Shown: piece after piece, positions 1-13,300 of the stretch
How the letters are laid out: each line of letters opens with the position of its first letter
Numbering within the stretch: the stretch's first letter is position 1
NCBI GenBank assembly: GCA_002633005.1
Contig: NMRA01000280.1
Location: forward strand, 388,080 to 452,079
Direction: 5' to 3'
DNA: 64,000 bases
Source of the DNA: Phoronis australis
Lineage: Eukaryota > Animalia > Phoronida
The notes under the pieces: model-generated
Databases searched by the model: none
What the model was told of the DNA's origin: nothing
What the model saw: the letters and a program-made list of their open reading frames with translations, nothing else
Made by a program: the position numbers and the translations under genes

Positions 1-3000
1 GTAGGCTAATTATTGGCATATATCATGGGAATATAAACGAGACTGTCTTAGTTACGTGGAAAAAAATCTGTCAATTTATAAAAAGTGGTCGGTGGGCAAA
101 TATCGTCAGGCTCAACACAGTCAATGATACCGCAAAAAATCTGAACATTTTGATTCAAACACGACTTATTTGTAGCGAATCCTTTATCTGTTGCGAGTGG
201 GCAATAGACCAACAATACAATCCTCTGCTGAAGATTGTCTGATTTATGTTCTGAGTGCATGCACTTAGAATTAATTAATCTTCGTGCCTTACGGATAAAA
301 TGTATGTTTACGTATTGTCAAGTCACGTCTTTCACATAGCTGAGCGATATTAATTAGACACGACCAATTATTTTGCTATGACCTGTAGTGCTAAGACTCG
401 TTATTCGTTCTCTTCCTTGCACGGTGGCTATGCAGTTTCGTTTCCTTTTTCGCCGGGTTGGTTACGTTACACTCCATTGTTGAGTTGGGATTCTGCAGGT
501 AATTGGCAACATCAGAATGTGCGGGGTCCCTGACAGATTCATTTGGGCTGGAGGAAATGGGGGCACGACAAGAAAACTCCGTTGGCGGCAAGCCGTTCTA
601 AATACTTGCGCGGACATTTTTTCTTTGAAAATTGTNCCCGCCCTCCCCCCAATTACGACATCTTAGACCCGCCAGTGACAGAAATAATATGATCATCAAT
701 TTCTTAGTTTGTATGAGGGTCGACATTCCTTCTTGACAACTGTGGTTTAGCTGAGTTGTTGTACTGAACCTTTCAGACTTTAAGTAAAACTATCGTTATT
801 TTTTTACTTTTCTGGGACGAGTCAGTGGCGGCTGTTACACGGTCCTTGTGTCAAGTCTTCCATGTCGATTTTCTGGTCATGCCTCGGCAGCTGAGTTAAA
901 GCTGCCGTCAAACAAAATCGACAGCTCAGAGTTCACGTAATTGATGCCGTGAGTCAATCACTACTGTATAACCCAGACAACTTTAGATGTTCAGCTCGTA
1001 ATTCAGGATACATGTTGGCTCTGATAACCGCTGCCAACATCCGCTAGCCAACTCTGTGTTCCCTGGCACAAAACTGTGTTCGTCATCCAACGAGAAAGAC
1101 GGATTTCCCGAGCTCATCAACTCGCCCATCTTCGTCTTTATATTTGAAGTGGTAGTTGTTATTCACCAATTGGACATTCGATAAAAACCCGTCGAAGTTA
1201 AACAAGTCTCTGTTCATCAAGAAGTTGTACTTGTCGATAGCTTGGGTTTCAACAGCTAGCATAAACGTTGAAAGGTAACGTGACCGTTAAGTTGTAACTT
1301 AACAGGCTATTCGTGATTTTAAAAGTTCATACTAGGTGATGCGTAACAGAGGTAATGACTATTCGGTTTTGTCTCATTTCACGTTATTTCACAAATACCA
1401 TGGATTTTCAGCATATGTTAGTGAACGAATATGTGTTTACATTACCCCCGGCGAAGCATGCTTCTTATATAATGCTGTTTTTAATGACAGAGCTTAATTG
1501 CATTTAAGGCTATATACTTATAGATGATTAAAAATATTTTCTAGCGAACTAACGCCGTGACGGGTACCTTTACCAGTTGTACTGCGTGCCAACTGCAATA
1601 TGGACGCACTTGTGTTATTGATGATGATTTATCGTGAATTTCGTTCATATGATGCAATGTTGCAGAGGCTTTTAGTAAAATGAAACACGACACCCTTTTA
1701 TAGGCCTTATGTGTTTGAGGCACTCTGCGCAGATCAGCACTGAATAGTTCTCAGAAAAAGGAGGGGATTATACGCATTTCCCCCGACTGTAATCTTAATT
1801 TCAACCGTAATCCACCATAAGTTGTTACCCTCCAGCAAGTGAACCGAAATGCAGTCCATAATTTTTTACTTATCTGCGGAATGAATGGCTATCACATGAA
1901 ATATTTTTAGAAACTTCCGTTAGGTTCATGAAATTCTAGCATACGTCGTCTTGTTTACATTTTTACGTCAGAGAGACCTGAGTGCTTTGAGATTTCAAGA
2001 ATCTCCGTCGGGCAAGCTTACAAAAAGCGGGGAGACGGGTCAGAGTGAGTCATTTATGAGTGAAACGAAACGAGAAACAAAACCTAGGTCGCGAAAGTAT
2101 TCAGGTTACATACTCAATGTAAACACGTACCCGGCCACTTGAAAATCGAAACCTCATGACTCATTTTGCTACCTGGTGTTCAGGAATGATTTCCGCTGTG
2201 TTCGTAAGGTGAATGAAGTATTGCGCCTGGACACAGAGGCCATGTTGCTAAACACACTGAAGTAGTCGTCGCTGTCGCGGTTGTTTTTGGCGATGTTTGT
2301 GATTCAGCAAGGGTTTTGATTGACATTTATAGAACACGGTAACAAAGTTGTGTATTGGTAAGTAATATACTTAAAAACTTTCACTTGAGTGTGTGTGCTC
2401 TCAATCCAGATGGTGAGCATCCGAAGAAAGTGTTTTCGTTGTTAACTGCGTTGTGTCAAATTTTATAAGTAGATACCGCGTGGCTTACGAACAGTAATTC
2501 GGGCGTCATGTGAATTTGTCATCGTACATTACCCTGTGGTTTGGGGGCAAAATAAACAAAGTCAACACCGAACCAGTGTAGGCTGTCAGTTCGAGGTCTG
2601 CCAATTTACTCTTTTCAGATGTGGTTGCTCATGCGAGCCACAGCGCGATACTGCTGAGTTTAAAATTAAAACCAACAAAATCAAGCAAACTTACTTTGAT
2701 ACTTGTATCAAAGTTCTGAATTGTGACCAAAGCTGAATTTCTTCTAACATACGCCATGCTACGAATAAAATGTGGTAATATTGTCACATGTCATTTTAAG
2801 GTGATTCCACAGTATGTTTTCCCTCCGTTATAAAAAAATATCGACTAATCCATTATCCGTTGACCATGCCATGATGCGTCTACCGCAAGTTTTAATAGTT
2901 TTATTTATTTAAACAGCAACCTGTTACGTATGTAGTTAATAGGAAATGACTTCACACTGTACGGACAATAATGACGCGTGGGATAATAAGCGAAACGTTG

Positions 3001-3119
3001 TTATCAAGTTTTTGTTGAAAGGGATGTAAGTCATCAGACCAAGTTACGTATTGTTCTTGTTGTATAAGTCTGGTCTAACTGCAGCTGAGGGCCGATGGGT
3101 TTCATGAAGTTGCCTACGA

Positions 3120-3420
3120 ACCCGCCTCCTGTCAAAACTAACACTTGATTTGAACCAGTTACTGTTATGAAAGTGAACTCAGATTATCTGCTTTTTACTT
3201 TAGAAGTGATCTCTGGACTTGGCAAGAAGTGACAATTCGTTGTGCTCCGCAACAACTTCAATTAGTTGACTTCAACCCGGGGGTTATTTATGTTCCGAGC
3301 TCAGCCCTGGGTAATAAAGAGTTGTCAACCCCCAAGCCTAAAAATCACTCCTAAGCGGAGACCATTTTTATGACTATAAGTGATCCAAATCAAATGCTAG
3401 TCTTCTGTCAGAAGGCGGGT
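3120..3420. mobile_element. Small inverted-repeat element (MITE-like)
   Basis: acccgcctcctgtcaaaacta (~3120) is an imperfect reverse complement of tagtcttctgtcagaaggcgggt (~3398-3420); no ORF. Confidence 0.35.
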
Positions 3421-4804
3421 CCATCAGTGTTAATATCTGCTCAATTACTCTGCTTAAACAAATCTTCTAGAAGAAAGTAGTTGTTGGCATTTTCAAGGTA
3501 GGGTCACCTAAACAGTGTTTTGAAATGCCATGGCATACGATAAAACAATCAAGCTCCGTTGACATTACGTGCTATTTTCTGGCCGAGTTCATTTTCACAG
3601 AAAACTGCGAGAATGAGAAAACAAAACAATACGAATTAATCTTGTTTGCTTTGTAGAGCACGATGGGGGTAAAATAACTACGACCTTAAGAGGGAAGTTT
3701 TCAGAATTAAAGATTTGGCAGGAGGACCTATTTTGATATATTTTGAGACGTCGTTTTGTGTCGGAGCTGTTGTTTAGCTTAGAATAAGCAGTTTGTGGCT
3801 TAGGACATATCTGGTTCGATGGTGGTATCGACTGGCTTAATGACAGGTCATCTGAGTACTGCGGGGCCGGGGGGCACGGCAAGTTGCGCTTAGAGTAAGT
3901 GCCCGTCTGGACTCGTGGTGAGTAAAAGGAATAAAAATCAAATCCGATTATTAATTAGTCTCTTACAACTAAAACATAATCATTGTAGCCCTGGAATCTT
4001 CATTAGCGGCTTTGCCTAACCTATGAATTTAGTTTCTGATTTGTTTTTTTTTTCTGTTAATTTTAATTAGAAAGATAAAAACAGTCCCCGAAAACCACAT
4101 ATTACGTCGTGTAGTTAGGTGAATACTGTAAAGGGTGATAGACTGCAGCGCTGCTTCACGTGATATCAATCCCTATGGAATGAGTCACGCGGCATGGGAT
4201 GGAATTCACATGCAGAGTTACTCAACATCCCAGCTGAAGGTCGCAGATAAACACTGAAGTGGCTATCGATTGCTTGTTCTGTCCGTCACTGGTCAACGTA
4301 AAAGATTTTCCCGACTTCAGAAGTGAAGGGTAATTATTGATGGTTCGATATAAACCGTGTTCTCATTTCACAACGAACATTTGTCGTACTACTTTGCTCA
4401 GCCAAGCGTCGGAGGTTTACTAGAATGACACCGAGTTCCCAATAAATTCGGAATTAACAATCGAGTCAATATAATTACTTGTTTTTGTCACCACGTGGTG
4501 AGATCGGTTCGTCCGTGATCATGCAATTCCGCTCACCAAACAACACGTGGAACACAATTCCACTAAAAAATTGTTCGGCAAAGAGAGTTTTTGAGTAAGG
4601 AAAGCTGAAGCAATGAAGCTTGGTTCTCAAAATACGAATTGGTCGCTTGGCATTGTTTTTGATGCTTGATATTGCATAATAATGTCTGAAAATACCGACA
4701 AAATATCAGTTGGCTTACGAAGTAAATGACTTTATCCACTTGGAATGTTTGTAGAATCATCGTTAAGAGATGAAAATGATAGTGTACTAATAGACCAGCC
4801 TCCC

Positions 4805-4941
4805 GTTCAGTAACGCTAGGACCTCGCTAAAAAGCAAGACTTCGCGAGATAACGTGAGATATTGCCGTGTATTTTAAATGAGATCACCTGACTTTGGCTA
4901 GATTTTAGCTAGGTCCTAGCGTAGGTCCTAGCGTCAATGAA
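4805..4941. mobile_element. Short palindromic MITE-like element
   Basis: gttcagtaacgctaggacct at the left pairs with aggtcctagcgtcaatgaac at the right, where aggtcctagcgt is tandemly repeated. Confidence 0.45.
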
Positions 4942-5028
4942 CACACGCCAGACCTGTACCGATAGCCTGTTGTCCATGAAAATGCATAGTTATGTATAGT
5001 TCTATGAGTAATATCTCTTCGCTTGGGA

Positions 5029-5250
5029 GGAGGCCGTGTGGCCTAGTGGGATAAGCGTTCCCTTCCTTTACTCAAAGTCGTGGGTTCAAGTCCCACTGCG
5101 GCACACTGATAGACCACGGGGTCAGGTCTCAACTCCTCAGCTCGGCTTTAACTATATATGTTAAAAAGACATAAAAATGGTTCCAGGTGATCAGTGCAAT
5201 CAGGGCCCACCCGAGCGACCTGGGCACGTCTGGTGCAACGTGTACCAGAA
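5029..5250 (+). mobile_element. tRNA-derived SINE (or tRNA pseudogene) head plus body
   Basis: Pol III A box TGGCCTAGTGG (~5039) and B box GGTTCAAGTCC (~5083) at tRNA spacing; anticodon arm not convincing; 3' extent approximate. Confidence 0.55.
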
Positions 5251-7496
5251 CGCTTGCAATTATTTTTTTTGATTTTGAACTAGGAACCAATATGTTAGCT
5301 TTCATATCGTATTATATTTATTGTGCGTGAATAGAAAATGATTGCGGCTCACGATTTGTTTAATATTTATTTATTTCACTTGTGATAAGGATGAGCAAGC
5401 TACGAATGTTTGCGCTGTAACACACAAAACTATAGAACTACCAGCCTAGTTGTATTGAGTGGTGATCATTTTTTGGGCGAATAAAATGTTTATTGTGGAC
5501 TATTCACCATACAACCCGTTTCTGCTGCTGTTGGACAAAGGTTGTCGTCACTATCTAGCATTTCACATCTGCTGGCCTATATTGCATGTTCGAGTATCTG
5601 GCAAATGACAATGTCTCAGTACACTCTTCTTGTTTGGAATACAAACTTGGTATGAGTTCGTTTAACAATATTTGAGCGTTCTCTTTGTTCTTGTCTTTGT
5701 GAGAGGCGACAATGATATCTTTGAATAACTCCACATGCTCGGTAAAGAGTTCACAATGTATGGCGATATCCGCTTATTCAGGCCCACAATTGGTCCAATT
5801 GTTGTTTTGATTACCAACGGAAATACCATAACTGTCTTTAAAACGTAATATTTATAAGAGACCCAAAACACTGATAATTTGGTGATCAGCACGTGTTATA
5901 AGGTTGGGTTATTGGAAATCGTCGGATACCGACACTCGATTATGTGTATTTTGAATCTTTAGGTAAATTGTAAGTTCCGAAAATAGTAAAATTATCACAT
6001 ATACCGATACCTCTTCGCATACTTTTATGTACACTAATGAATGAGCGAAGCGGATACGTTCGAGAAGTTTTTATAACAGGTTAACTTACCCAGAATTTTG
6101 ACTATAACGCTTATGTGTTATGTAGTAAAGTGATGTTTACGAAAGTATTAGAACTCGTTCGCCTGATCTAAATATTGACATGTTGTAGATGTGCATAGGG
6201 TGTCTAGAGTTATGGTAGTAGTTGCAACGCTGCAGTTCTAAACTTTTTTCGGATTAAGTTTGCGATATGTTTTACATGTCATTTATAAATATACGACAGT
6301 GGTGGCTCAAGTAGTCATTAAATTGAAAATCGGCGAAATCAACGATAGTGAACTTACATGTAAAGGGGCAATTACTATAAATTCTGAATAGATCCCTGTT
6401 AGATGGATATTTATCAGGGCATCGTTTTTTATGATTGGTTTAAAAAGGAAATGCCAAACAGGTTAAACTAGTCACTTAAACTGTTCTCTCACCAACCACA
6501 TCATTAACAGGTCAGTCGCACTCAGTCACGTGGTTCTTCTCTAGGGTCATTTCTCCCTACTGCCGTATTGCCTCACGACAATATGTCACCAAGACATCAA
6601 CAGTTCCGGATTTTACTGCTTCTACCTGTTTCTAAGTAACATTCATGCATAAATGTAAGGGCCAAATTGTACAAGTATGCACAAGTCTAAACAACTAGTT
6701 CTTGAACTCCGTGACTTACCAGCCGTGATCGTGCTACATCGTGACGAGAACATTCTTGTAGTTCCCGTTACGAAATAGATTAGCGCGTTAACGAGTCAAG
6801 CGTGCACACGTTAATGTGTAAAGCTTGAACACGTTAACCAATGACACAGGGTTTCGGGCTTGGAATTCCATACCCAACTTGTACGCTACAGAACAAAATA
6901 AGCGCAATATTTTCTGCGCGCTCAGTGGCACTCATTTAGGTACCCTTCGCCTCTTCACAAAATGGCAGTTGATTCTCGTACTTCAAAACTGATGTTCTGG
7001 AATGACTGGCGCGTGCGTATAATCTTGTGAGAGACGACAATTTGACTTTTAGTAAAGGTGTTCAACTACCGTGTGCTGGTAAATTATGCCAATTTGTCTG
7101 TTTGTCAATTTGTTATCGCGCTAAAGGAACTCTCAAACGACAGACAGCAGATTCCAAATAGTCAGGGTGAACGACCGAAGAAGAAATATACGTGACATAC
7201 GCACATGATCTAAGTTTTTGTGTATTTGAAAATTCAGATGTTGAAGTCAACTACATATGCATACTATTCTTTTACAGGTGTCAAAATGACTTCGGCTGCA
7301 AACTGGAACCAGGTACTTGAACACATTTCCGGACAAGAGATCTGATTTCCTAATAATGTGAAATTTCCTGTATCTGAAAGCTTTTATACGCGTCGTTTGC
7401 TTCCGCTGCGTCAGTGTTTCATTTGAGATTTAAAAGCTTCATTACACTGCCATTGCCTGCAAACTTAGTGATAAAGTACTTGTTGTTTATATCGTC

Positions 7497-8675
7497 ATGG
7501 GGGAGAATATGGAAAACTGGAGACTGTCCCGGATTCAGGAGGAATTGGAGAATCTCGCGGTATTTGAGAACCCTTATGCTTTCATTGGTGACGATGTCAA
7601 TAGTAGTGTTAGTGAAGAAGATGCACTGATTACTTCTACGCCTCTCAAAGGAAATAAACCAACCGCTGCGGTGAGTCCAGCGAAAAGACCATCTTCACCC
7701 GTTAATGTGGTTTCAGAAGCAGGAACGCTGGATTGCAACACTGGAATTTGCAAAACAATGGATGACAACGAACAGCCCATTTATGTGGTTGTTTCAAACA
7801 ATGTCACGTATGAGGAAATTCCCGGTGGGAAATTGGACGCTAAGCAAGAATTGGAGGCAGCAGAAAGAATTGCGAAGAAGTACGATTCCTTGCAGCGCCA
7901 CCTTCACCCGTCTTCGGGAAGTTTATACACGTCACCGTCTGAATACTCGTGTTCTGATGGAGCGTACAGCGGAGATAGTATGTGTGATGAATCGGTAACT
8001 TATACCAGCACTTCGGCTGAACCGGCGATTCCGTATGATATGTCTCCGCTCACTGACGATGATGTGCAACAAATTGAAGGATTCTACCGTAGTCTCGGTA
8101 CAGACGTGTTTGCCGCGCATGGAATGGTCAGTTTATACTTTAGTGAAATCTCTTGTGACCAGTGGGAGTTCTCTAGCGTTGGAGTACCATTATTTGTTCT
8201 GGATACAGGCGAGAGCAGACGACGTCGCAAGCTGCATTTGGTGATCGCGGAACGAGGTACTGGGTTTGTTTTATGGAGAGACACGATAGATCATTTATCA
8301 AACTATAGAGCTACTCAAGACACTTTCCATACGATAAGTTTATCAACCGACCACAGTCGAATGGCCGGTCTATGCTTTATGGACAGTTCAAACGCTCAAG
8401 AATTCTTAAGGACCTTTACACATTTGACCTCTAACCCCGAGGATGATTTGCTAAATGTCAGCAAGAAAAGTAAGAAGAAAAAGAAGGATAAAACTAAAGT
8501 CAAGAAGGTCAAACCAAAGAAGACGGATATCTCTCAGCCGTGTTGTTTCTCGCATGTCATAAAAATAGATCGAAACGATGCGGAACGTATTCCAGCTTTG
8601 CCTAGCATGAATGAAAGCGTATCTAACACAACCAGCAATTCTGAGGTTTCCTTAGCCCATACTGTTTCAAGCTAA
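7497..8675 (+). CDS. WH1/EVH1-like domain protein with polybasic stretch and CRIB-like motif (392 aa, single coding exon)
   Basis: Acidic/Ser-rich N-half, then a WH1-like block (W..SSVGVPLFVLDTG...IAERGTGFVLWRD.ID..SNY....FH......MAGLCF....AQEF), KKSKKKKKDKTKVKKVKPKK, and DISQPCCFSHV resembling CRIB ISxPxxFxH. Recalled similarity to insect MESR3-like proteins is unverified. Candidate 5'UTR donors at 2358 and 7313; AATAAA at ~9749. Confidence 0.8.
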   Translation: MGENMENWRLSRIQEELENLAVFENPYAFIGDDVNSSVSEEDALITSTPLKGNKPTAAVSPAKRPSSPVNVVSEAGTLDCNTGICKTMDDNEQPIYVVVSNNVTYEEIPGGKLDAKQELEAAERIAKKYDSLQRHLHPSSGSLYTSPSEYSCSDGAYSGDSMCDESVTYTSTSAEPAIPYDMSPLTDDDVQQIEGFYRSLGTDVFAAHGMVSLYFSEISCDQWEFSSVGVPLFVLDTGESRRRRKLHLVIAERGTGFVLWRDTIDHLSNYRATQDTFHTISLSTDHSRMAGLCFMDSSNAQEFLRTFTHLTSNPEDDLLNVSKKSKKKKKDKTKVKKVKPKKTDISQPCCFSHVIKIDRNDAERIPALPSMNESVSNTTSNSEVSLAHTVSS

Positions 8676-9293
8676 CACGAATTTGCATTTATTTGCAAAT
8701 TGTCAATTTGCAATAACTCATTACACAGATAACTGCATTGATTATCCTCTCTGTATTTCGCTGTAATTATTGCAGTCACTTGTATATGTGATAACTATGA
8801 CGCAAGCAAGGCTACCGCCACGGAGTTGAGGCATTGCGACCAACAGGGACCAGAGCACATCAGAAATACTCTCAATTAAAAAGTCTGCATTTCTAAAATT
8901 ATTCTAGTCACTGATACTGTTTGAAATTGAGATGTTATATACAGAGTATTCTAATATTATTACTTTTTGTTGTGAATGAAATGGGAATTTTCAAGGCGTA
9001 AAGTTTCAGTGCTATCGTCCTTTAGACGTTGTCAGGGTCGTGCAAGCCCCGTGTAACATTTTGCAGTAAATTGGGTGTAAAAATTGACTTCATATCTGTT
9101 ATCCTACGCCGCAATGGAGTTAGCTGCTCATGTAGAAGTCTGTAAACGTGCCCAGAAAATAAAAACGTGAGGCTTAGTGGTGTCTAAATCAAAGCATGTT
9201 TGCTTCTTGAAAGCATTATACCATTTGTTACTGGTTTCCCTGAAGGGGACACTATCATCGGTGTCCATCACTGGAATGCTTTTCACTGTCCTG

Positions 9294-9518
9294 GGGCCCG
9301 TTCCAAGAAAACTGACTTAGCTAAGACAAATCTTAAATTTAAATCAATTTTAAGAAAAAACTTTCAGTCGGTTCCAAATAGTGATATTAGGTTTGACGTA
9401 AGTTTTTGTCATAAGTTCGACTAACTTACCGGATGTGGAAGTTTCAAAGTTTAGAAGTTTAAACCAATCTTGAACTTAGGTCAAAAATGAACTTAAGTCA
9501 GTTTCTTGGAACGGGTCC
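9294..9518. mobile_element. MITE with ~25 bp terminal inverted repeats
   Basis: ggcccgttccaagaaaactgactta ... taagtcagtttcttggaacgggtcc; lies in the presumed 3'UTR of the WH1 gene. Confidence 0.7.
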
Positions 9519-10310
9519 TTGTTGGTGTTCAAAGGGTCTGAATGCAAATACTTCTGAATCATATTTGGGGCGTTCCCCAGTCTTCTCAGAAAGTAATGTA
9601 TTTTGCAATAATTATCTACAATAAGCGTTTGATACGTTGTTAGTTGAACTTCATTATCGTTATAATGGCTTGTTTCATAACTTTGCTTTGATATTGTTGT
9701 TATGCATTTTTGCCACTCAAGCGGGTGAATTCAATAGTTGAATTTTTTAAATAAAACTTCGTGCAAATCGAATATTGTTTGCGTTATCTTCTACTCGTGT
9801 AAAATACAGTTTTGTTGAGATAACAGAGAATACCAAGTGATTCGTGAAATTAATGTTATCGTAGCATCAATATAAACAGCTCCGATACTAGCAAACAAAG
9901 TTTTTCTTAAGCGTATACAGATGTCTACATGGAAATGAGGCAATTAGCACATAATTGGATCCGGTACGTTTAGTGATCGGCAGTTGTTACATATATGCAA
10001 AACCTTCCCGGTTGACACAATATTTCTAATGACAACTACCAAAAACTAATAATCTGTCTAGGCTACACGGGAGAATGCCGTCGCTATTCAGACATATTAC
10101 GGTACTGACGCGACTGTCGTCGTAATCATGAATGCACGAATTTCATCGTATTTTCAAGCTTCTTAGTCTAGCTCATTATCTGAAACTAAGTTTACATGAA
10201 TGCAGTTCACCAGCACCGCAAAAAAAAAACTTGCGGCTACGTGCACTTCTATATTAAACATTTCCAGCAGCTTGTATTTTTTTCTAATTCCGATTCAAGT
10301 AAATCATAGG

Positions 10311-13300
10311 TTATTTGACTTGATGTAACATGACGTTGTTATTCATTTCCGACACGACCTCCATATCAACGAGCGCAAGCTGAGAAATGTTAACGTTGTT
10401 TCCCGAACTATCACGTTTCCTTATCACACCATTCACTTCAGACAACTTCCCTGTGCTAGTTTTCATATTCTGAATAACCTTTTCACTGCACTTGGGTTCG
10501 TCTCTCAGACTGGTAATGTCGGTATCGTTGACTTCATGGAACACTTTGCAATAAATCAGCATAAAAATGAAGTAAATCCAAATAGAGCAGGGGGCGAAAA
10601 TGCTTGCGCTTATCGGCATAATCGAGGCCAGATCTGATTCAGGTTGTGGCAACGCAAATTTGATAAGGACTATCGAAATGTCAGCGTTCTGAATGGCAGT
10701 TTCGATCATGACAATTTTGACTATCTTCCATTTGTAACAGAAAGCTGCCGTCAAAAGACCGCTGAATGAGAATCCAGAAACAGAAGTCACTAGTCCAGCA
10801 ATCAGAACCCAAGGATCTCGAAGAAGTTGAAAGATGTAAAGATTTGATATCAGCCAATAATGCATATACAAGAAGGGAAAACGGCTTCAAGAGACGTTGT
10901 ATCTTGTCGGCAATTTCCGGCTTGAATCGGCGTATCAGTAGTCCACAAACGGCGGGAATGACGAGCAACGCCAACGATGTGATTATATTGAGAACAGGAA
11001 TGGAGAGGTCGCTGATGCGAGCTGTTAGTAACCAAAGTGGCATCATTCCAGCAAAACAAAATGTTGGTTAGCGCCATATTTGTGAAAAAAAGCAACGTGC
11101 TGACGATCGTGATGTATGAAATTATATACAACATTGAGATGGGTGCAAAACACAGCTCCGTCAAAGTTAAGCAGCTGAGTGAACATGTTTTTTCTGCAAG
11201 ATAGTCTGATGCAGGGTGGTAACACTTAGGTGTGTGAAGCTCGACCTTGGAACAAAAAAAAAAATCAGATACGTTGTTACAGTTTCCGCAATTATTCTTT
11301 CAATTATGTTATTATAGTTTTTCATAAAGAGCCCGAAGTTTTCACAGGTTCTTGTAACAAAACGGAGCATTTTGAAAACAATTCCTCGCTACGTTTTAAA
11401 CATCACCAAAGAACAACATTTGAAAGTTTCATTTGAATCTGATTAGTTATTTCCGATATAAATCATATTTCGAAGTTAGCCTAATGGGGGCCGCGGGGGA
11501 GAAGCCATTTTTCGCGGACGGTAACGGCGGATAGTTTGAGGTCAAGGGGTGGTACGTGCTCTGGGTGTCACATCTATAGGGACGCGAAAACAAAAATTGT
11601 GCCGAGGTGATGAAAATTGCGCGCAACTGAAGGGGATGCAATTTCAGGGTAATTGCAACCCGCCACGAGGCGCCGGAAGTTGAGAGGTTACACCCCATGG
11701 GTGGTCCGCCCTCCCTGAACTTGACCCCACTAAAAAAACTGATTTCAAGTTTAGAGGATAAGCCATGGATTAAGATTTTTCAATCTACGGTCTAGTTTAT
11801 CATGCATCTCATCTGCTAAATTCGCAACAAGGAAACGTGCAAGCTCAGTTGGTTTGCCCTATACGCATTCATTTACGATTGAAGGAGACAGACATTCAGA
11901 TTACACTCAACATGAGAGACAACAGGTTCGGATCCAGTATTTTGAGTTGNNNNNTCCGCCACTGGACAATGTCCTGTTTGTGGTCAGCTTAACATTGTGT
12001 CTGAGTTTCGCTTTTGGTAGAATGTCCCTTTTTACAGTGATTTAAGATAATATGCGACACCACGTGTAGATGAAGTTATAAACGTGTTGCGACTGGAAAA
12101 CCAAACTGAAGAGAAGTGTAGCGTACTTTTAAATTTATTTGTTATGCATTTTAAAGGAGATGCGAACAGTATTCCGTTTTCACATAAGTACACTCTTTTG
12201 CCGTCTTAAAGTGGTTGATTGAAAGCTATTTACTTGTAGTTAATATGTATACACATGTGTTGACTGTTAATAAAGTTTGCTTATAAACCGCATTTCTTTT
12301 TATTTCATACCCCATATTCTTCTAAAATTCGTTTAAAAACGCCCCCACTTCCCCAAAAAATTTTGAGAACACAACATTTTTAACTTCAGATTTCTTCGGA
12401 AAAACGTCACAACAGGTTCCGTAAAAGGGACGTGACCCGATCATTGCCGAGTCTGTCCACAGTGTCCATTGCTGTGTGTCAAGAGGAGTACTTTTGTTTT
12501 TTCAAATTTAGACGGGTTTTTAGATTTAAACTGGAGTAAATATTTGAAGAATAATGCCTGACCGTTGTGTAGTTGGAGGTTGTGGCAATACGCCAAAGGC
12601 TGGGGTATCTTATTTTGGTAAAAGATTAGATCATTTTGGCTTACATATCAACTTTACTGTACTGAGATTATTTCAGTTTTGACTTATGTACAGTAGATGT
12701 AACCTTCAACTACCTTGAAAGTCTTTCACTGTAGAAACCAAATATATAATTCTGACTGAAAGCACTAATTGATTTTAATTTGAACTGTGGATTGAATGAT
12801 AATCGTCCTCTGATTTGTTCTTTCATTTCTATGACTCAGTGACCAAAGCATGATAGAATTAGCTTGCCACAATGAACGCCTGAAGTAATATGTTCACTGG
12901 CATCTTCAGGTAATATTTCTTGATGCCTTGGGTTTATTATTATTTCTGAATCAATAGAATAACACATGAATTTAAAAAACCAAGTTCAGAAGACTTCCAT
13001 TTCAAGTGTTCTTGTAATTCTGTCAATGAGATTGCCACCTCCACTCAAATTTCAATTATATATGTGGCTAAATTAAAAGGTGACATCCTTCCTATTCACT
13101 GCTGAAAATGAAAAAAATGAAAACTGTAATATTTTGTATTAGGCTTTATTATCTGTGATACACTGGTCTTTATATCTCGTTGGCAAAAACAATTTAGTTA
13201 TGCCAACAAATGGAATTGAAAGGAATTATCATATGAAGCAAGCCAAATTTTGGAGAGTTGACTGCCAAAAACCATTGCAATACATAGCTGTCTGGCTGAT

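Noticed and set aside
5029-5105. Functional tRNA gene
   Set aside because: A and B boxes are present but the anticodon stem and acceptor pairing are poor and there is no adjacent T-run terminator; SINE head is more likely.
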